IMG/VR virus record: IMGVR_UViG_3300037962_000411
Span: 1-28,217 of that record
Direction: 5' to 3' (one strand)
Length of the DNA stretch: 28,217 nucleotides
From: a virus
Lineage: Duplodnaviria; Caudoviricetes
Positions 26,597 through 28,217 of this stretch are shown here, piece after piece; position 1 is the stretch's first letter, and each line of letters begins with the position of its first letter. Made by a program: the position numbers and the translations under genes. A model generated the notes under the pieces. The model was not told where the DNA came from. It ran no database searches and saw only the letters and a list, made by a program, of their open reading frames with translations.

Positions 26597-26661
26597 GAGC
26601 CACCAATCGACTTCCTGTTAGGCTGGTCCTTTAGCCTAGCTCAGGTGGGGGTTGGCGGCTC
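26597..26661 (-). other. Long intergenic stem-loop
   Basis: Minus strand gagccgccaa/ttggtggctc, cctg/cagg and taggct/agccta nested stems. Confidence 0.6.
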
Positions 26662-26735
26662 CCATCTCTCCTAACGCTACGGCAGCGATAGGCAACGTCT
26701 TCTTCAGGACTGATCAACTCGTCCTGGCATTCTGT

Positions 26736-27071
26736 CTATTGTTGTACCCCCACTACGATCTCTAGCGACCGACCTTCTTTACATGTCGAAGATGAATCTG
26801 TGCATTGTGGGCACGATAGCTTTTCCCCTTCCGGCTTTGCTGGGGTGGGGGCAGAACCGCATCTAGCGTGTCGCCTTGTACTGCGACGACTTTGCCTATC
26901 GGCAACCCTCGTTTGCCTTCTATCTTGGACGTTGCTTAGGACACCACTAAGTGCTTTGCCTGGGTGCCATCCAAAAACACCGAAACCCTTGTGCCCGTGG
27001 CCAGAGTTTGCACTTACCTCGCCTTGCATCATGGCAAAACTAAAAACAAACATCAGCAATAAATGTTTCAT
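26736..27071 (-). CDS. Small secreted protein with Arg-rich helix and CXXC
   Basis: Signal-peptide-like MKHLLLMFVFSFAMMQGEVSA; AAGGAGG RBS; RRQTRVADRQSRRSTRRHAR; CPQC. Confidence 0.7.
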   Translation of the reverse strand: MKHLLLMFVFSFAMMQGEVSANSGHGHKGFGVFGWHPGKALSGVLSNVQDRRQTRVADRQSRRSTRRHARCGSAPTPAKPEGEKLSCPQCTDSSSTCKEGRSLEIVVGVQQ

Positions 27072-27373
27072 TCCTTCCTCCTTTGGTTTAGTGAATTAAA
27101 CTCTTCATCAAAATATATATCCCACTTCGGATGCGTGCAAGCCAAACAATCCGATCTTGGTTGCCCGTCACCCTTCCACCCTTTGCCTCCGCACTCCTCG
27201 CAATCTTTAAAACTAGGGATATTGTCAGGGTCTGCGTCAGGTGTCGGCGTGTTGCTATCAATCGCAAGACCTGCCGACAACACGCAGATCATAGGTGTGA
27301 ATGTGTGCGGCTCTGGTATTACGGGCTTGCACCCGATCAACAGCAACGCCGATACGACCATGAAACTTTTCAT
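27068..27373 (-). CDS. Lipoprotein with DnaJ-type zinc-finger motif
   Basis: Start moved to ATG 27373 (GAGG RBS, ATGA overlap); lipobox LLIGC (Cys15); CEECGGKG...CLAC. Confidence 0.7.
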   Translation of the reverse strand: MKSFMVVSALLLIGCKPVIPEPHTFTPMICVLSAGLAIDSNTPTPDADPDNIPSFKDCEECGGKGWKGDGQPRSDCLACTHPKWDIYFDEEFNSLNQRRKE

Positions 27374-28217
27374 CGCACCTCGAAGCTCCAATCGACTTTG
27401 GTTCTGCCCCAACCCTCAAGACCTGCCGCAGCTATCATCGTCCGGTTGCGAACATCGGACCACTTAGCCCAGAAGCTGCCCTTCGGTATGAGGATGTTTC
27501 CACTGTCTTTGCTGACAATGTTCTTTCTCAAGTACTTTTCTTTTTTGTTTTTGGGAACCAACTTTGCCGAGTCAACTATCCCTCTTGGTCCTTTGTTCCA
27601 TACACCCCAGCTATTCAGTACTAATACAAGCGGCTCGCCGTAAAGCTCGTAAACAACTGGCCGATCATCAAACCCAATATATGCCATCGCATGAGCCCAA
27701 CGCCCCTTGCGACTCGATACGCCATGTGCATCACGCTTATTTGAAAACCCTTCGCTGCCGCACGTTGAAAAAAAGAAGTCTTGCCAAAGTAAATCACGCA
27801 CCTCCTCCATCTCATCTGCAAACGTAGACGAACGTATCAAATTCTTGCCAAAGCCGTTGAGAAGTTGCTTTGGTATTTGAGACTTGTTGTGGTATTTGCC
27901 CGCCAGTTTTGAGTCTAGTTCCTCTAGGTTGATGTCCATCTCAGGGTAGTCTTTGCGAAGTACTGCACCTATAGTGTGAGTCATGTCTCGCATATTTGCT
28001 GGGCAAGAATAACCATCTCCGCTATGGCCCCGCAACCAATACCCTGGCTCGATAGCAAGCACGCCGTTCTTTTCCGCTACTGCTGATACCTTGGGGAAGC
28101 CTTCGCGCTTGCCGCTCACTTCATCGGGCAAGCCTGCAACAACTTCGGCACAAAGAGTTCCCAGCAGCACGTTTCGACCGTTGTGCAAGACGCAGCTACC
28201 ACGCTCTTGTGCAGGCC
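27370..28217 (-). CDS. Papain-like (C1 family) cysteine peptidase, 5' end outside the window
   Basis: Frame is open to the window edge and reads PAQERGSCVLH (Gln and catalytic Cys); WAHAMAYIGFD (His) and VLNSWG.W (Asn). Confidence 0.85.
   Translation of the reverse strand, partial: PAQERGSCVLHNGRNVLLGTLCAEVVAGLPDEVSGKREGFPKVSAVAEKNGVLAIEPGYWLRGHSGDGYSCPANMRDMTHTIGAVLRKDYPEMDINLEELDSKLAGKYHNKSQIPKQLLNGFGKNLIRSSTFADEMEEVRDLLWQDFFFSTCGSEGFSNKRDAHGVSSRKGRWAHAMAYIGFDDRPVVYELYGEPLVLVLNSWGVWNKGPRGIVDSAKLVPKNKKEKYLRKNIVSKDSGNILIPKGSFWAKWSDVRNRTMIAAAGLEGWGRTKVDWSFEVR

Larger units (their letters stand above)
1..28217. mobile_element. Tailed dsDNA phage genome segment (podovirus-like: no tail tube, sheath or tape measure; ejection-type proteins instead)
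   Basis: TerL motifs followed by portal/scaffold/capsid-sized ORFs in canonical order; dense coupled genes (TAATG/ATGA overlaps); no cellular genes. Free phage versus prophage cannot be decided here. Confidence 0.95.

Overview
The window is a segment of a tailed dsDNA bacteriophage genome with podovirus-like architecture; no host housekeeping genes, rRNA, tRNA, CRISPR array or integrase are visible. At the left edge, a leftward GP88-like gene (CX6CX3C motif) ends inside a 15-bp tandem array. Next is a ~400-bp divergent control region with two promoter-like elements, short repeats and a perfect 11-bp C-GAA-G hairpin. The + strand from 1.2 to 24 kb is a morphogenesis operon: probable TerS, small HExxH protein, TerL, portal, scaffold, major capsid, decoration protein, adaptor, nozzle, a Cys-rich fibre module with two CGC-motif paralogs, ejection-type proteins and a 1723-aa polyvalent protein with a zincin domain. 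The - strand from 24 to 28.2 kb is a convergent operon: papain-like peptidase (5' end outside the window), Zn-finger lipoprotein, secreted small proteins, degenerate SNase, holin-like protein and a beta-helix protein. TerL, the peptidase, SNase, GP88 and zincin calls rest on motifs. Most structural calls rest on gene order, size and composition. No database searches were run. A Planctomycetota host is only a guess.
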